A stretch of 64,000 bases of DNA, from contig JBLWGC010000177.1 of NCBI GenBank assembly GCA_048772705.1, positions 93,710 to 157,709 of the forward strand, given 5' to 3'. Both the position numbers and the translations under genes were made by a program. Source of the stretch: Leidyana gryllorum EB-2025a (lineage: Eukaryota; Protista; Apicomplexa). Positions 38,612 through 50,500 of this stretch are shown here, piece after piece; the first letter of the stretch is position 1, and every line of letters begins with the position of its first letter. The notes beneath the pieces were generated by a model, which was not told the origin of the DNA, searched no databases, and saw only the letters and a program-made list of their open reading frames with translations.

Positions 38612-41600
38612 ATGGGTACCATAGATGCCTTACACCCAAAAGCTGTCCTAACAGCCATATTATCACCACAACTCACCAGCCGCCAGCAGACACCGGGGCG
38701 GGAACAAATAGACGTAAATCTCAGTCGGACGTAATCCTTCTCAATTGGCGGACGTATTTCTTCTCAATACGCACTCTTCATTTCCGACGAAAACCACTCT
38801 CTCTTAAAGTACGACGAGGTCAATCAGGCCACAACAACACTCAATCTGACTTGTAAAGCTCAAAACCAACGGAGTGAAGCTCAAGTTCGCAACCAATCTC
38901 GGGAATGCCGATCCCACCTCACAGCATTTTTTTGGGAAGGCCAACATATGCAGGCCGCAGTTCTAGGCCAAGTCGAGACACTGCCTCTCGCAGTATTCCA
39001 ATTCCCCGAAGTCTTCGATGAATCCGTATTGGAAAGAGCTCGCGGCCACGCAACTGGGAATGCCACTAGTGCTATTCTCGCCTTTATGGCCCGCATGGAG
39101 GAAGAACAGTCAGCCACTGTCACCTTTGCTGCTACCGTCCTGCTCGACGCCACTCTGAGACGGTTTGAGCAAAGTCTCTCATCGGAAAATGCCACTATCG
39201 ATGCCAGCGCACTGCGACCCGCTATCGGTTTTGCCTTTATAATCGCCATGTGCGCCCATATCGAAGTCAACGAGATAGACAACCGGCTTATCAGTCTGGT
39301 TCAGGAGGCCGCCGTCAAGGCAATTTCGTTGCTCTCATCCAAGAAACGATACGCATTCGAGCAGGACCCCGACTTTGTCATGATACCCGTCGACGAGCAG
39401 CCACCCGTACCCATAATGCAGATAGCGGGGTTCCTGAGCACAGCTTTTTGGCACTATTGCCAACGCGTCGACCACCCGCCAATCAGCGAATCCTACCTCA
39501 AGGCTTTGCTCAAAGCACTGGTGGCCAAGGGTGAGCACCCGCCCTACTTGCTATCCCCCTTTGAGGCTGTGGCCACTTCGGCGGGTGCCCCAATGTTCAA
39601 CAATCCCGGGGCCCTCCACCGTCTCCACAATGCACTGTCGCCGGTCATCCTCACCGAAAAGTGGCCAACACCCCTCGGACAGATCACAGACGTCCACGCT
39701 GCCTGCGCCTTCCTCGCCATTGCACTCACCACCACTGACGAACAAGCCACCTCTCTGACAAAAAAGCCTCTCCGCTTCCAATTGGTCACCCACCGCGTTC
39801 AGCAGCTCGCTGAAATGGTCAACAAGTGCGCCAAGGGACGTAAAGTGCAAATCTCCGACACACTGAGAGATACCATCCAAGTTGCCGCCCAGCCTTGGAT
39901 GATCCGAGCGTGCCTCAAAGTGGACTCGCAGTTGGCTGAGCTCGTCACAGATCTCACCAGCGCCGTCGCCAACATCGTCAGAGCAATGAACTGTCTGCAA
40001 ATGTCAAGTGCTCTCGTCCTGAAATCCATTCAGCCCTTCATTGAGCTCATGAGACAACGGGGAATCGAGAGTACAACAGAAGATACAATGAAAAGCTTCA
40101 AAGATCTTCTCAAAGCCCTCCAACCCGTCTGTGCTGTGCGGGAATGTGTAGACTTAGCTCGAGTTTTGCTGAGAACCTTCAAGAGTCAGGTACTCGAGAT
40201 GGCTCCAGCCGTACTCACCGGCCTGGGCGATCAAATTTGGGACCTAAAGTATGGAACTTGGACAGATGAGGACCGTCTCCAAGCTGTTCCTGGGGCTGCC
40301 GAGTCCAACTATGACATATCACTAATCCGCCAGTCCGTCTTCTTGGAACTGAAACCCGAACTCACCCACTTGGTGGACGCGGCGTTCGTGGCGGCGGCGG
40401 CTCACAAAGTGTCTGTGTTGTCTATCGCAGAAGAGTACGAGGTGCCTCCCTACCAAGAGACTATGCGGGCACTTTGGAGATGTTTTGGCTCAGAAGTCAT
40501 TCTGAACGCATTCCCTCAGTGCAAACTGAATCTGCAGAGTGTACTGCTGGATCGCAACTTCTCGCTGGCATCGGGTTTGTGGGCCTTCGAGAGCCTTCTC
40601 GGGTCTGGGGGTAGACTGGATGTAGCTTCCTACCTCAATCATATCCAACCTCATGTGAGTAAATGTGACCACTGTTCCCATCAATAACGACTCGCTGTGC
40701 AGATCTCCATAATTGAAGCCCGCAAAGCAGCAGCTGCTGGGGACTCGGTGCATCAGGTCACGTGGACCGCTGCTCAGGAACAGTTGATGGGAAGTTTGGT
40801 GGTATTCTGCACCGAGCCGAGCGACCTCCCACAAGTTGAAACCCTCATTCCGAGACTGATCCAACAGAGTAAAGACGTCGGAAGCGAAGCAGCGGGAAGA
40901 GCGTTGTATACATTGATGAAGTCTCTCACCACGATGCGACGCCGCTCGCGTGAGGTCGAGGAACTCTGGAGCCGTCACTTTGAGAGTTTCCTGCAGACCG
41001 CGGTGGAACTTGTGGCGGTCAACTCTGACCTCAAAATTACTGCTGGCAGTGAAGCTGACAGACGTGCGGCTCAAATGGAACAACTCGGATTCCAAATCCT
41101 CGAGTTGTTCTCGAGAAATTGCACTGAATCTCAATCTCAACAACTCATTGGTTTGTTACTGCGAATGGCCAACCAGCATTTGCTGATAAGTCGAGGTCTC
41201 GACAAACAGACCACTGGTGATGCCGAGATGTCAGAGTCCGGTGAAGGACAGGGTATGGCTGCGTCCCTTAGAGCCAGGAGTGCTCTGCTGGCCGTATCAT
41301 TCTATGAAATGTTGGCTCTGGCTTTGGAGTGTGGCGAGCACTCCCAACAGCTATGCGCCCAACTCAGCAGTATCATACCCGCTATCGTTCCCCATCTCAT
41401 ACTGGGAGAGTGCGCTGAGATGTTGAGACTGAAGCGACCGGTCCCTCTCGCGCTTCAGGAATTGGCCATCCGGACAGACGCCAATGCCATTCAAGAAGCG
41501 CAGATTCCTCGTCTGGAGGTGTCACCCCTCCTCGCCAAAGCCTTCTACCGTATTCTCGTGAAACTCTACGAGAAGTTTGCCTCTGCGCGGTACGGGAACT

Positions 41601-42292
41601 GGGAAGTAGCTACCCAGGCGATTCAGTTCCTGCAAGCCACCACGAAAACAACAAGAGTGTATATCTGGAAGGCCAGAATCAAATTACACGAGGCTATTCT
41701 GCGATATATCAAAACCGTCGGCTTGCCACCAGGTAAGAGCAGCCGGCCTCAACACCCTCAATCACTCGGCTCAGACTCTCCAGGTTTCGCTGCATATGTC
41801 ATCAAGACAGCAATGCTGGAGGCCTGCTGGAAATGCGCCAGCCTCAATGGCTCTGTGCGCAGGAGGTCCTATCGGACTATCAGCAAGGCGACTGATATGC
41901 ATCTGACCCGAGTGGAGGGGGCAGAAAGTCCAGATCAAGCTTTACAGAACCGATCTGCCGAGTTGTCCTGTCTGCTAATGGCGGGATGCGCTTTGGAGCA
42001 CTCTTTGACTCTGAGAAGAGGGTTCGTCATCGCTACCGAAAAGATTCTCAATGGACAGATCACTTTGAGTATGGGCTGGAGGAAGAATTTGGAACAGATC
42101 GTTGCCGCTTCTGGTGTGCTGTGCTTCAACGATGAGAGACGCAGTGCTCGTGGTTCGTCTGCTGAAGGAAGCAGAGCGACCGGTTCGAGTAGATTCACAA
42201 GAGTCTCAAGATCCTCCAGGCTCTCCAAGTTGTCCAGATCAAGTAGACTAAGTCGCAAAGAAATTAAGCGTAGGATGAATAGTCGAAACTAA
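38612..42292 (+). CDS. RRP12: RRP12-like HEAT-repeat ribosome biogenesis protein
   Basis: NUC173-like segment FGSEVILNAFP..LWAFESL..LDVASYLNHIQP..TWTAAQEQLMGSLVVFCTEPSDL. Introns 40655-40702 and about 41733-41783. The 5' exons (ATG 38612) are inferred, and an alternative start exists at 38948. Confidence 0.7.
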
Positions 42293-42304
42293 CCACCACC
42301 GCCA

Positions 42305-44270
42305 TCACAAACCACCGGCTAACTTCTCAGCCTCCTTCTTGGCCTTGGCCTCTTTCTTAAGTCTGCGTTCTTCAGCCGCCTTCTCACGAGCTAATTTGGC
42401 CTCCTCTTTCGCCTGCGAGGGCAGATTGAGGGAGAGAGAACTGACTTTTTGGTCCTTACCTTGGCCTCTTTGGTGGCCTCCTGTTGAGCAGCGAAGGTGT
42501 CGGTCAGCCCCACCGTCAGGTTGAACACAGGCAACTGGGGACTGGTATCCCAATCAGCTGTGTAGAAACCGAGACGTTCGAATTGGAAGGAAGTGCCTTT
42601 CTCAGTGTTCATCAGCCCTCTTTCAAAGCGAGCATTGGGGCGCACGATAAGTGAGTCGGGATTCAGATTATCCTCCCACGACTTCTGAGGTGCCCCCTCA
42701 TCCGGGTCAGCACACTTGAAGAGCGTGTCATAGTCGCGAGCCTCCCCAGCAACAGAGTCGACTTCCGATAGCCAATGAATAACGCCTTTCACTTTTCGAC
42801 CGTCACTGGGAGCCGCTCCTCCTTTGGTGTTGGGATCGTAGGTACAGCGTAACTCGACAACTTTTCCAGTCTGCTCATCTTTGTGTACCTCCTCGCACTT
42901 GATCCAGTAGCCATATCGAAGGCGAACCTCCGCACCGGGGCTCAACCGGAAGAACTTTGGCGGGGGGTTCTCCTCAAAGTCTGAGGCTTCGATGTAAATC
43001 ACTTTACCTATCTTCAGCTCGCGTTCTCCCAGATCCAACTCGGGATGATTCTTAGCTGTGACGGTTTCAACGTGATCATCCGATGGCCAGTTGGTCAGAA
43101 TAACGCGCAAAGGATTCAGAACTGCGAACCGTCTTTGCACTGGATGCAGAGAGTCCCGAATCACAGCTTCCAACCGACTCATGGGGATAGTATTGTTCCT
43201 CTTGGCCAGACCAATGTCGTACGCGAAGGTCCTCACAGCCGCCGCCGGATAGCCACGTCTACGAGCGCCGCACAGGGTGGGCATCCGGGGATCACTCCAT
43301 CCTCTGACATAGCCCTCTTTGACAAGCTTCAGTAAACGTCTGTTGGAATGGGCAGTGGAAGTCCATGTGCTTTCTCCATACTCACCTTTTGCTCATCACT
43401 GTGTGAGTCAGATTAAATCTTGCAAACTCAATCTGACGAGTTCTGTAGATATCTAACTTCTCTTGGAACCAATCGTACAAAGCTCTGTGATCATAGAACT
43501 CTAAAGTACAGATGGAGTGGGTAATGCGCTCAATGGAATCAGATTGGCCGTGAGCGAAGTCGTAGATGGGATAGATACACCATTTGTCTCCTGTACGTGG
43601 GTGGTGGGCGTGCTTGATGCGATAGATTGGTGGATCTCGCATGTTCATGTTGCCGTGTGCCATGTCAATCTTGCACCGAAGAATGCAGTGCCCATCCGGA
43701 AACTCTCCAGCTCTCATTTTTTCGAACTGCGCAAGATTCTCCTCTACACTACGGTTCCGGTAGGGCGAGTCCTTCCCGGCTTCGGTTACACTCCCTCTGT
43801 TGGCTCTGACTTCTTCCTCCGTCTGCTCGTCCACATATGCCAAACCCTTGCGGATCAGGTCCACCGCCCACTCGTACAATTGGTCAAAATAGTCGCTTGC
43901 GAAGAATAGATTATTCCCCCAATCGAATCCGAGCCATCGAATATCCTCTTGAATGGATTGAATATACTCATCCTCTTCCGTAGCAGGATTGGTGTCATCA
44001 AATCTCAAGTGACACACGCCATTGTACTGCTTCGCCAGGCCAAAGTTCAAGCAGATAGACTTGGCGTGCCCCAGGTGGAGGTATCCATTAGGCTCTGGAG
44101 GGAATCTGGTCACAGTAGACTTTATCCGACCCGAAGCAATGTCCTCATCAATGATTTGGGTGACAAAGTTGTTGAGTCGCTACAGAAAGACATGTTATTG
44201 GGTGTTATAATGTTGGGAGACGTACTGGATGTTCCACACCATCTACCTCAAACCCGTTGGCGATGCTCAT
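42305..44270 (-). CDS. QARS: Glutaminyl-tRNA synthetase
   Basis: [18 protein letters not shown] (HIGH), [21 protein letters not shown] (KMSKS-equivalent), KVKGVIHW and FQFERLGFY. Introns 44180-44225, 43340-43385 and 42413-42459. Confidence 0.97.
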
Positions 44271-44577
44271 GGTAGCTTTTTTTTCCGCTGATTTTTACTC
44301 AGTCCTACAAATTTGACACTCTATCCACAAAAGTTCTGCGCTCCATACTTGACCACACAAGTACAACAGGTGATGGTTTTTGCTCAGAATGCGCTCGGTG
44401 ACTCACTGGAACGGAGTCAATTAAGGTTCAGTGTGACGAAAAAGCAATCAGTCCCAGAAGCACAACAACATGAGTGTGGCGGGAGCTTCACCTTAGCAAA
44501 GTCCCACACTCAAAAGATGGGTCATTTGATATACAGATATAGAACATTGAATACTAAGGGAAGCAGATACGCATACT

Positions 44578-47500
44578 TCAGAACATATCTAAGTCAATCT
44601 GCGCGAGCGAAGCGCGAGCGGCAGCGTCTTCGTCATGACGAACAACGTCAAAATCGTATTCAGAGTATATATCGCCGACTGGTGTTTCGTCAGTAGGGGA
44701 CGACTGCTGGTTGCGACGCGCAAACCAGAATCCAGATGCAAAAGACCCGATTGATCCCACACCTGCTGCTGCGGCGGCGATGTAAACGCCCGACCAAGAA
44801 TCGTTCATAGTTTCCGACTTGGTTTCAGAGGAAGAAGAGCTCGAGTTAAGTACACTTCCATCGTCGGTACCGATGAGGTCGGCTCCGAATCCAGCTGCGC
44901 TGAGTAAGTCTTTGCCTTCTGCAGCCGAGTACGAATCCTTGGCATCAGCGTGGATGTCTTCCTCTTGAGATTCCGACACCACAGGCAAGAATGCACCGCG
45001 GGCAGCAATAAATTCACCCATAGATTCTTCCTTCTCCTTGGCCGCGTGACGTTCTGCCAAGAACTCGCGCACAGCTTCAATGTCCTCGGAAACACAAATC
45101 CAGATACATTCTGGTTCTGTAATGAGATCAGTTGTCGGCAATTCGGTGAATAGCGTGGGAGATGAGACTGAGATGCTCCAAGTTGTGTAGGACTCTGTTT
45201 GGCTGACCGTTGTGGTGAACCCGCCTGTAGTGGTAGTGGTAGTCGGCGGTACTTCAGTGGAAGTGGTGGTCGTCGGCGGCTCCTCAGTGGAGGTAGTGGT
45301 CGTCGGCGGTACTTCAGTACTGGGAGTGGGCTTGGGGGGCTGACGAGTTTCAGTAGTGGTCACTTCAGTGGTAGGCGGCTGCTCAGTGGTGATACCAGTG
45401 GAAGTGGTGGTCGTCGGCGGTACTTCAGTGGAAGTGGTGGTCGTCGGCGGTACTTCAGTGGAAGTAGTGGTAGTCGGCGGTACTTCAGTGGAAGTAGTCG
45501 TCGTCGGCGGTACTTCAGTGGAAGTAGTGGTAGTCGGCGGTACTTCAGTGGAAGTGGTGGTCGTCGGCGGCTCCTCAGTGGAGGTAGTGGTCGTCGGCGG
45601 TACTTCAGTACTGGGAGTGGGCTTGGGGGGCTGACGAGTTTCAGTAGTGGTCACTTCAGTGGTAGGCGGCTGCTCAGTGGTGATACCAGTAGACGTGGTG
45701 GTAGTCGGAGGCTCCTCAGTGGAAGTGGTGGTCGTCGGCGGTACTTCAGTTGAAGTGGTGGTAGTGGGAGGTACTTCAGTGGAACTGGTGGTTGTCGGAG
45801 GCTCCTCAGTAGAAGTAGTGGTCGTCGGCGGTACTTCAGTGGAAGTGGTGGTCGTCGGAGGCTCCTCAGTTGAAGTAGTGGTCGTCGGCGGTACTTCAGT
45901 GGAACTGGTGGTTGTCGGAGGCTCCTCAGTAGAAGTAGTGGTCGTCGGCGGTACTTCAGTGGAAGTGGTGGTCGTCGGCGGTACTTCAGTACTGGGAGTG
46001 GGCTTGGGGGGCTGACGAGTTTCAGTAGTGGTCACTTCAGTGGTAGGCGGCTGCTCAGTGGTGATACCAGTAGACGTGGTGGTCGTCGGCGGCTCCTCAG
46101 TGGAAGTGGTGGTCGTCGGCGGTACTTCAGTGGAAGTGGTGGTAGTGGGAGGTACTTCAGTGGAAGTAGTGGTCGTCGGAGGCTCCTCAGTGGAAGTGGT
46201 GGTCGTCGGCGGTACTTCAGTGGAAGTAGTGGTCGTCGGAGGCTCCTCAGTGGAAGTGGTGGTCGTCGGCGGTACTTCAGTGGAAGTAGTGGTAGTCGGA
46301 GGCTCCTCAGTGGAAGTAGTGGTCGTCGGCGGTACTTCAGTGGAAGTAGTGGTCGTCGGAGGCTCCTCAGTAGAAGTAGTGGTCGTCGGCGGTACTTCAG
46401 TGGAAGTAGTGGTCGTCGGAGGCTCCTCAGTAGAAGTAGTGGTCGTCGGCGGTACTTCAGTGGAAGTGGTGGTAGTGGGAGGTACTTCAGTGGAAGTAGT
46501 GGTCGTCGGAGGCTCCTCAGTAGAAGTAGTGGTCGTCGGAGGTACTTCAGTGGAAGTGGTGGTCGTCGGTGGTACTTCAGTGGAACTGGTGGTCGTCGGA
46601 GGCTCCTCAGTAGAAGTAGTGGTCGTCGGCGGTACTTCAGTGGAAGTGGTGGTCGTCGGCGGTACTTCAGTACTGGGAGTGGGCTTGGGGGGCTGACGAG
46701 TTTCAGTAGTGGTCACTTCAGTGGTCGTCGGAGGCTCCTCAGTGGTGATACCAGTAGACGTGGTGGTCGTCGGCGGCTCCTCAGTGGAAGTGGTGGTCGT
46801 CGGCGGTACTTCAGTGGAAGTAGTGGTACTGGGAGGTACTTCAGTGGAAGTGGTGGTAGTGGGAGGTACTTCAGTGGAAGTAGTGGTCGTCGGAGGCTCC
46901 TCAGTGGAAGTGGTGGTCGTCGGCGGTACTTCAGTGGAAGTGGTGGTAGTCGGAGGCTCCTCAGTGGAAGTAGTGGTCGTCGGCGGTACTTCAGTGGAAG
47001 TAGTGGTCGTCGGCGGTACTTCAGTGGAAGTAGTGGTCGTCGGAGGCTCCTCAGTAGAAGTAGTGGTCGTCGGCGGTACTTCAGTGGAAGTAGTGGTCGT
47101 CGGAGGCTCCTCAGTAGAAGTAGTGGTCGTCGGCGGTACTTCAGTGGAAGTGGTGGTAGTCGGAGGCTCCTCAGTGGAAGTAGTGGTCGTCGGCGGTACT
47201 TCAGTGGAAGTGGTGGTCGTCGGCGGTACTTCAGTGGAAGTGGTGGTCGTCGGCGGTTCCTCAGTGGAAGTGGTGGTCGTCGGCGGTACTTCAGTGGAAG
47301 TGGTGGTCGTCGGAGGCTCCTCAGTGGAAGTGGTGGTCGTCGGCGGTACTTCAGTGGAAGTAGTGGTCGTCGGAGGCTCCTCAGTAGAAGTAGTGGTCGT
47401 CGGCGGTACTTCAGTGGAAGTAGTGGTCGTCGGAGGCTCCTCAGTAGAAGTAGTGGTCGTCGGCGGTACTTCAGTACTGGGAGTGGGCTTGGGGGGCTGA

Positions 47501-50500
47501 CGAGTTTCAGTAGTGGTCACTTCAGTGGTAGGCGGCTGCTCAGTGGTGATACCAGTAGACGTGGTGGTAGTGGGAGGCTCCTCAGTAGAAGTAGTGGTCG
47601 TCGGCGGTACTTCAGTGGAAGTAGTGGTAGTCGGAGGCTCCTCAGTAGAAGTAGTGGTCGTCGGCGGTACTTCAGTGGAAGTAGTGGTCGTCGGAGGCTC
47701 CTCAGTAGAAGTAGTGGTCGTCGGCGGTACTTCAGTGGAAGTAGTGGTAGTCGGAGGCTCCTCAGTAGAAGTGGTGGTCGTCGGCGGTACTTCAGTGGAA
47801 GTAGTGGTAGTCGGAGGCTCCTCAGTGGAAGTAGTGGTCGTCGGCGGTACTTCAGTGGAAGTAGTGGTCGTCGGCGGTACTTCAGTGGAAGTGGTGGTCG
47901 TCGGAGGCTCCTCAGTAGAAGTAGTGGTCGTCGGAGGCTCCTCAGTTGAAGTAGTGGTAGTGGGAGGCTCCTCAGTGGAAGTGGTGGTCGTCGGCGGTAC
48001 TTCAGTGGAAGTAGTGGTCGTCGGAGGCTCCTCAGTGGAAGTGGTGGTCGTCGGCGGTACTTCAGTGGAAGTGGTGGTCGTCGGCGGTACTTCAGTAGAA
48101 GTGGTGGTCGTCGGCGGTACTTCAGTTGAAGTAGTGGTCGTCGGAGGCTCCTCAGTAGAAGTGGTGGTCGTCGGAGGCTCCTCAGTAGAAGTAGTGGTCG
48201 TCGGCGGTACTTCAGTGGAAGTAGTGGTAGTGGGAGGCTCCTCAGTGGAAGTGGTAGTCGTCGGCGGTACTTCAGTGGAAGTAGTGGTAGTGGGAGGCTC
48301 CTCAGTGGAAGTAGTGGTCGTCGGAGGCTCCTCAGTGGAAGTGGTGGTCGTCGGCGGTACTTCAGTGGAAGTGGTGGTCGTCGGCGGTACTTCAGTAGAA
48401 GTGGTGGTCGTCGGCGGTACTTCAGTTGAAGTAGTGGTCGTCGGAGGCTCCTCAGTTGAAGTAGTGGTAGTGGGAGGCTCCTCAGTGGAAGTGGTGGTCG
48501 TCGGCGGTACTTCAGTGGAAGTAGTGGTCGTCGGAGGCTCCTCAGTGGAAGTGGTGGTCGTCGGCGGTACTTCAGTGGAAGTGGTGGTCGTCGGCGGTAC
48601 TTCAGTGGAAGTGGTGGTCGTCGGCGGTACTTCAGTACTGGGAGTGGGCTTGGGGGGCTGACGAGTTTCAGTAGTGGTCACTTCAGTGGTAGGCGGCTGC
48701 TCAGTGGTGATACCAGTAGACGTGGTGGTAGTCGGAGGCTCCTCAGTAGAAGTGGTGGTCGTCGGCGGTACTTCAGTGGAAGTAGTGGTCGTCGGAGGCT
48801 CCTCAGTAGAAGTAGTGGTCGTCGGAGGCTCCTCAGTTGAAGTAGTGGTTGTCGGCGGAACTTCAGTGGAAGTAGTGGTAGTGGGAGGCTCCTCAGTGGA
48901 AGTGGTAGTCGTCGGCGGTACTTCAGTGGAAGTAGTGGTAGTGGGAGGCTCCTCAGTGGAAGTGGTAGTCGTCGGCGGTACTTCAGTGGAAGTTGTGGTC
49001 GTCGGAGGCTCCTCAGTAGAAGTAGTGGTCGTCGGAGGCTCCTCAGTAGAAGTAGTGGTCGTCGGCGGAACTTCAGTGGAAGTAGTGGTAGTGGGAGGCT
49101 CCTCAGTGGAAGTGGTAGTCGTCGGCGGTACTTCAGTGGAAGTAGTGGTAGTGGGAGGCTCCTCAGTGGAAGTGGTGGTCGTCGGCGGTACTTCAGTGGA
49201 AGTAGTGGTCGTCGGAGGCTCCTCAGTGGAAGTGGTGGTCGTCGGCGGTACTTCAGTGGAAGTAGTGGTAGTCGGAGGCTCCTCAGTGGAAGTAGTGGTT
49301 GTCGGCGGAACTTCAGTGGAAGTGGTGGTCGTCGGCGGTACTTCAGTAGAAGTGGTGGTCGTCGGCGGTACTTCAGTTGAAGTAGTGGTCGTCGGAGGCT
49401 CCTCAGTAGAAGTGGTGGTCGTCGGAGGCTCCTCAGTAGAAGTAGTGGTCGTCGGCGGTACTTCAGTGGAAGTAGTGGTAGTGGGAGGCTCCTCAGTGGA
49501 AGTGGTAGTCGTCGGCGGTACTTCAGTGGAAGTAGTGGTAGTGGGAGGCTCCTCAGTGGAAGTAGTGGTCGTCGGAGGCTCCTCAGTGGAAGTGGTGGTC
49601 GTCGGCGGTACTTCAGTGGAAGTGGTGGTCGTCGGCGGTACTTCAGTGGAAGTGGTGGTCGTCGGCGGTACTTCAGTAGAAGTGGTGGTCGTCGGCGGTA
49701 CTTCAGTTGAAGTAGTGGTCGTCGGAGGCTCCTCAGTTGAAGTAGTGGTAGTGGGAGGCTCCTCAGTGGAAGTGGTGGTCGTCGGCGGTACTTCAGTGGA
49801 AGTAGTGGTCGTCGGAGGCTCCTCAGTGGAAGTGGTGGTCGTCGGCGGTACTTCAGTGGAAGTAGTGGTAGTCGGAGGCTCCTCAGTGGAAGTGGTGGTC
49901 GTCGGCGGTACTTCAGTGGAAGTAGTGGTAGTCGGAGGCTCCTCAGTGGAAGTAGTGGTTGTCGGCGGAACTTCAGTGGAAGTGGTGGTCGTCGGCGGTA
50001 CTTCAGTGGAAGTGGTGGTCGTCGGCGGTACTTCAGTACTGGGAGTGGGCTTGGGGGGCTGACGAGTTTCAGTAGTGGTCACTTCAGTGGTAGGCGGCTG
50101 CTCAGTGGTGATACCAGTAGACGTGGTGGTAGTCGGAGGCTCCTCAGTAGAAGTGGTGGTCGTCGGCGGTACTTCAGTGGAAGTAGTGGTCGTCGGAGGC
50201 TCCTCAGTGGAAGTAGTGGTTGTCGGCGGAACTTCAGTGGAAGTGGTGGTCGTCGGCGGTACTTCAGTGGAAGTGGTGGTCGTCGGCGGTACTTCAGTGG
50301 AAGTAGTGGTAGTCGGAGGCTCCTCAGTAGAAGTAGTGGTCGTCGGCGGTACTTCAGTGGAAGTAGTGGTCGTCGGAGGCTCCTCAGTGGAAGTGGTGGT
50401 CGTCGGCGGTACTTCAGTGGAAGTGGTGGTCGTGGGCGGTACTTCAGTGGAAGTAGTGGTCGTCGGCGGTACTTCAGTGGAAGTGGTGGTCGTCGGCGGT

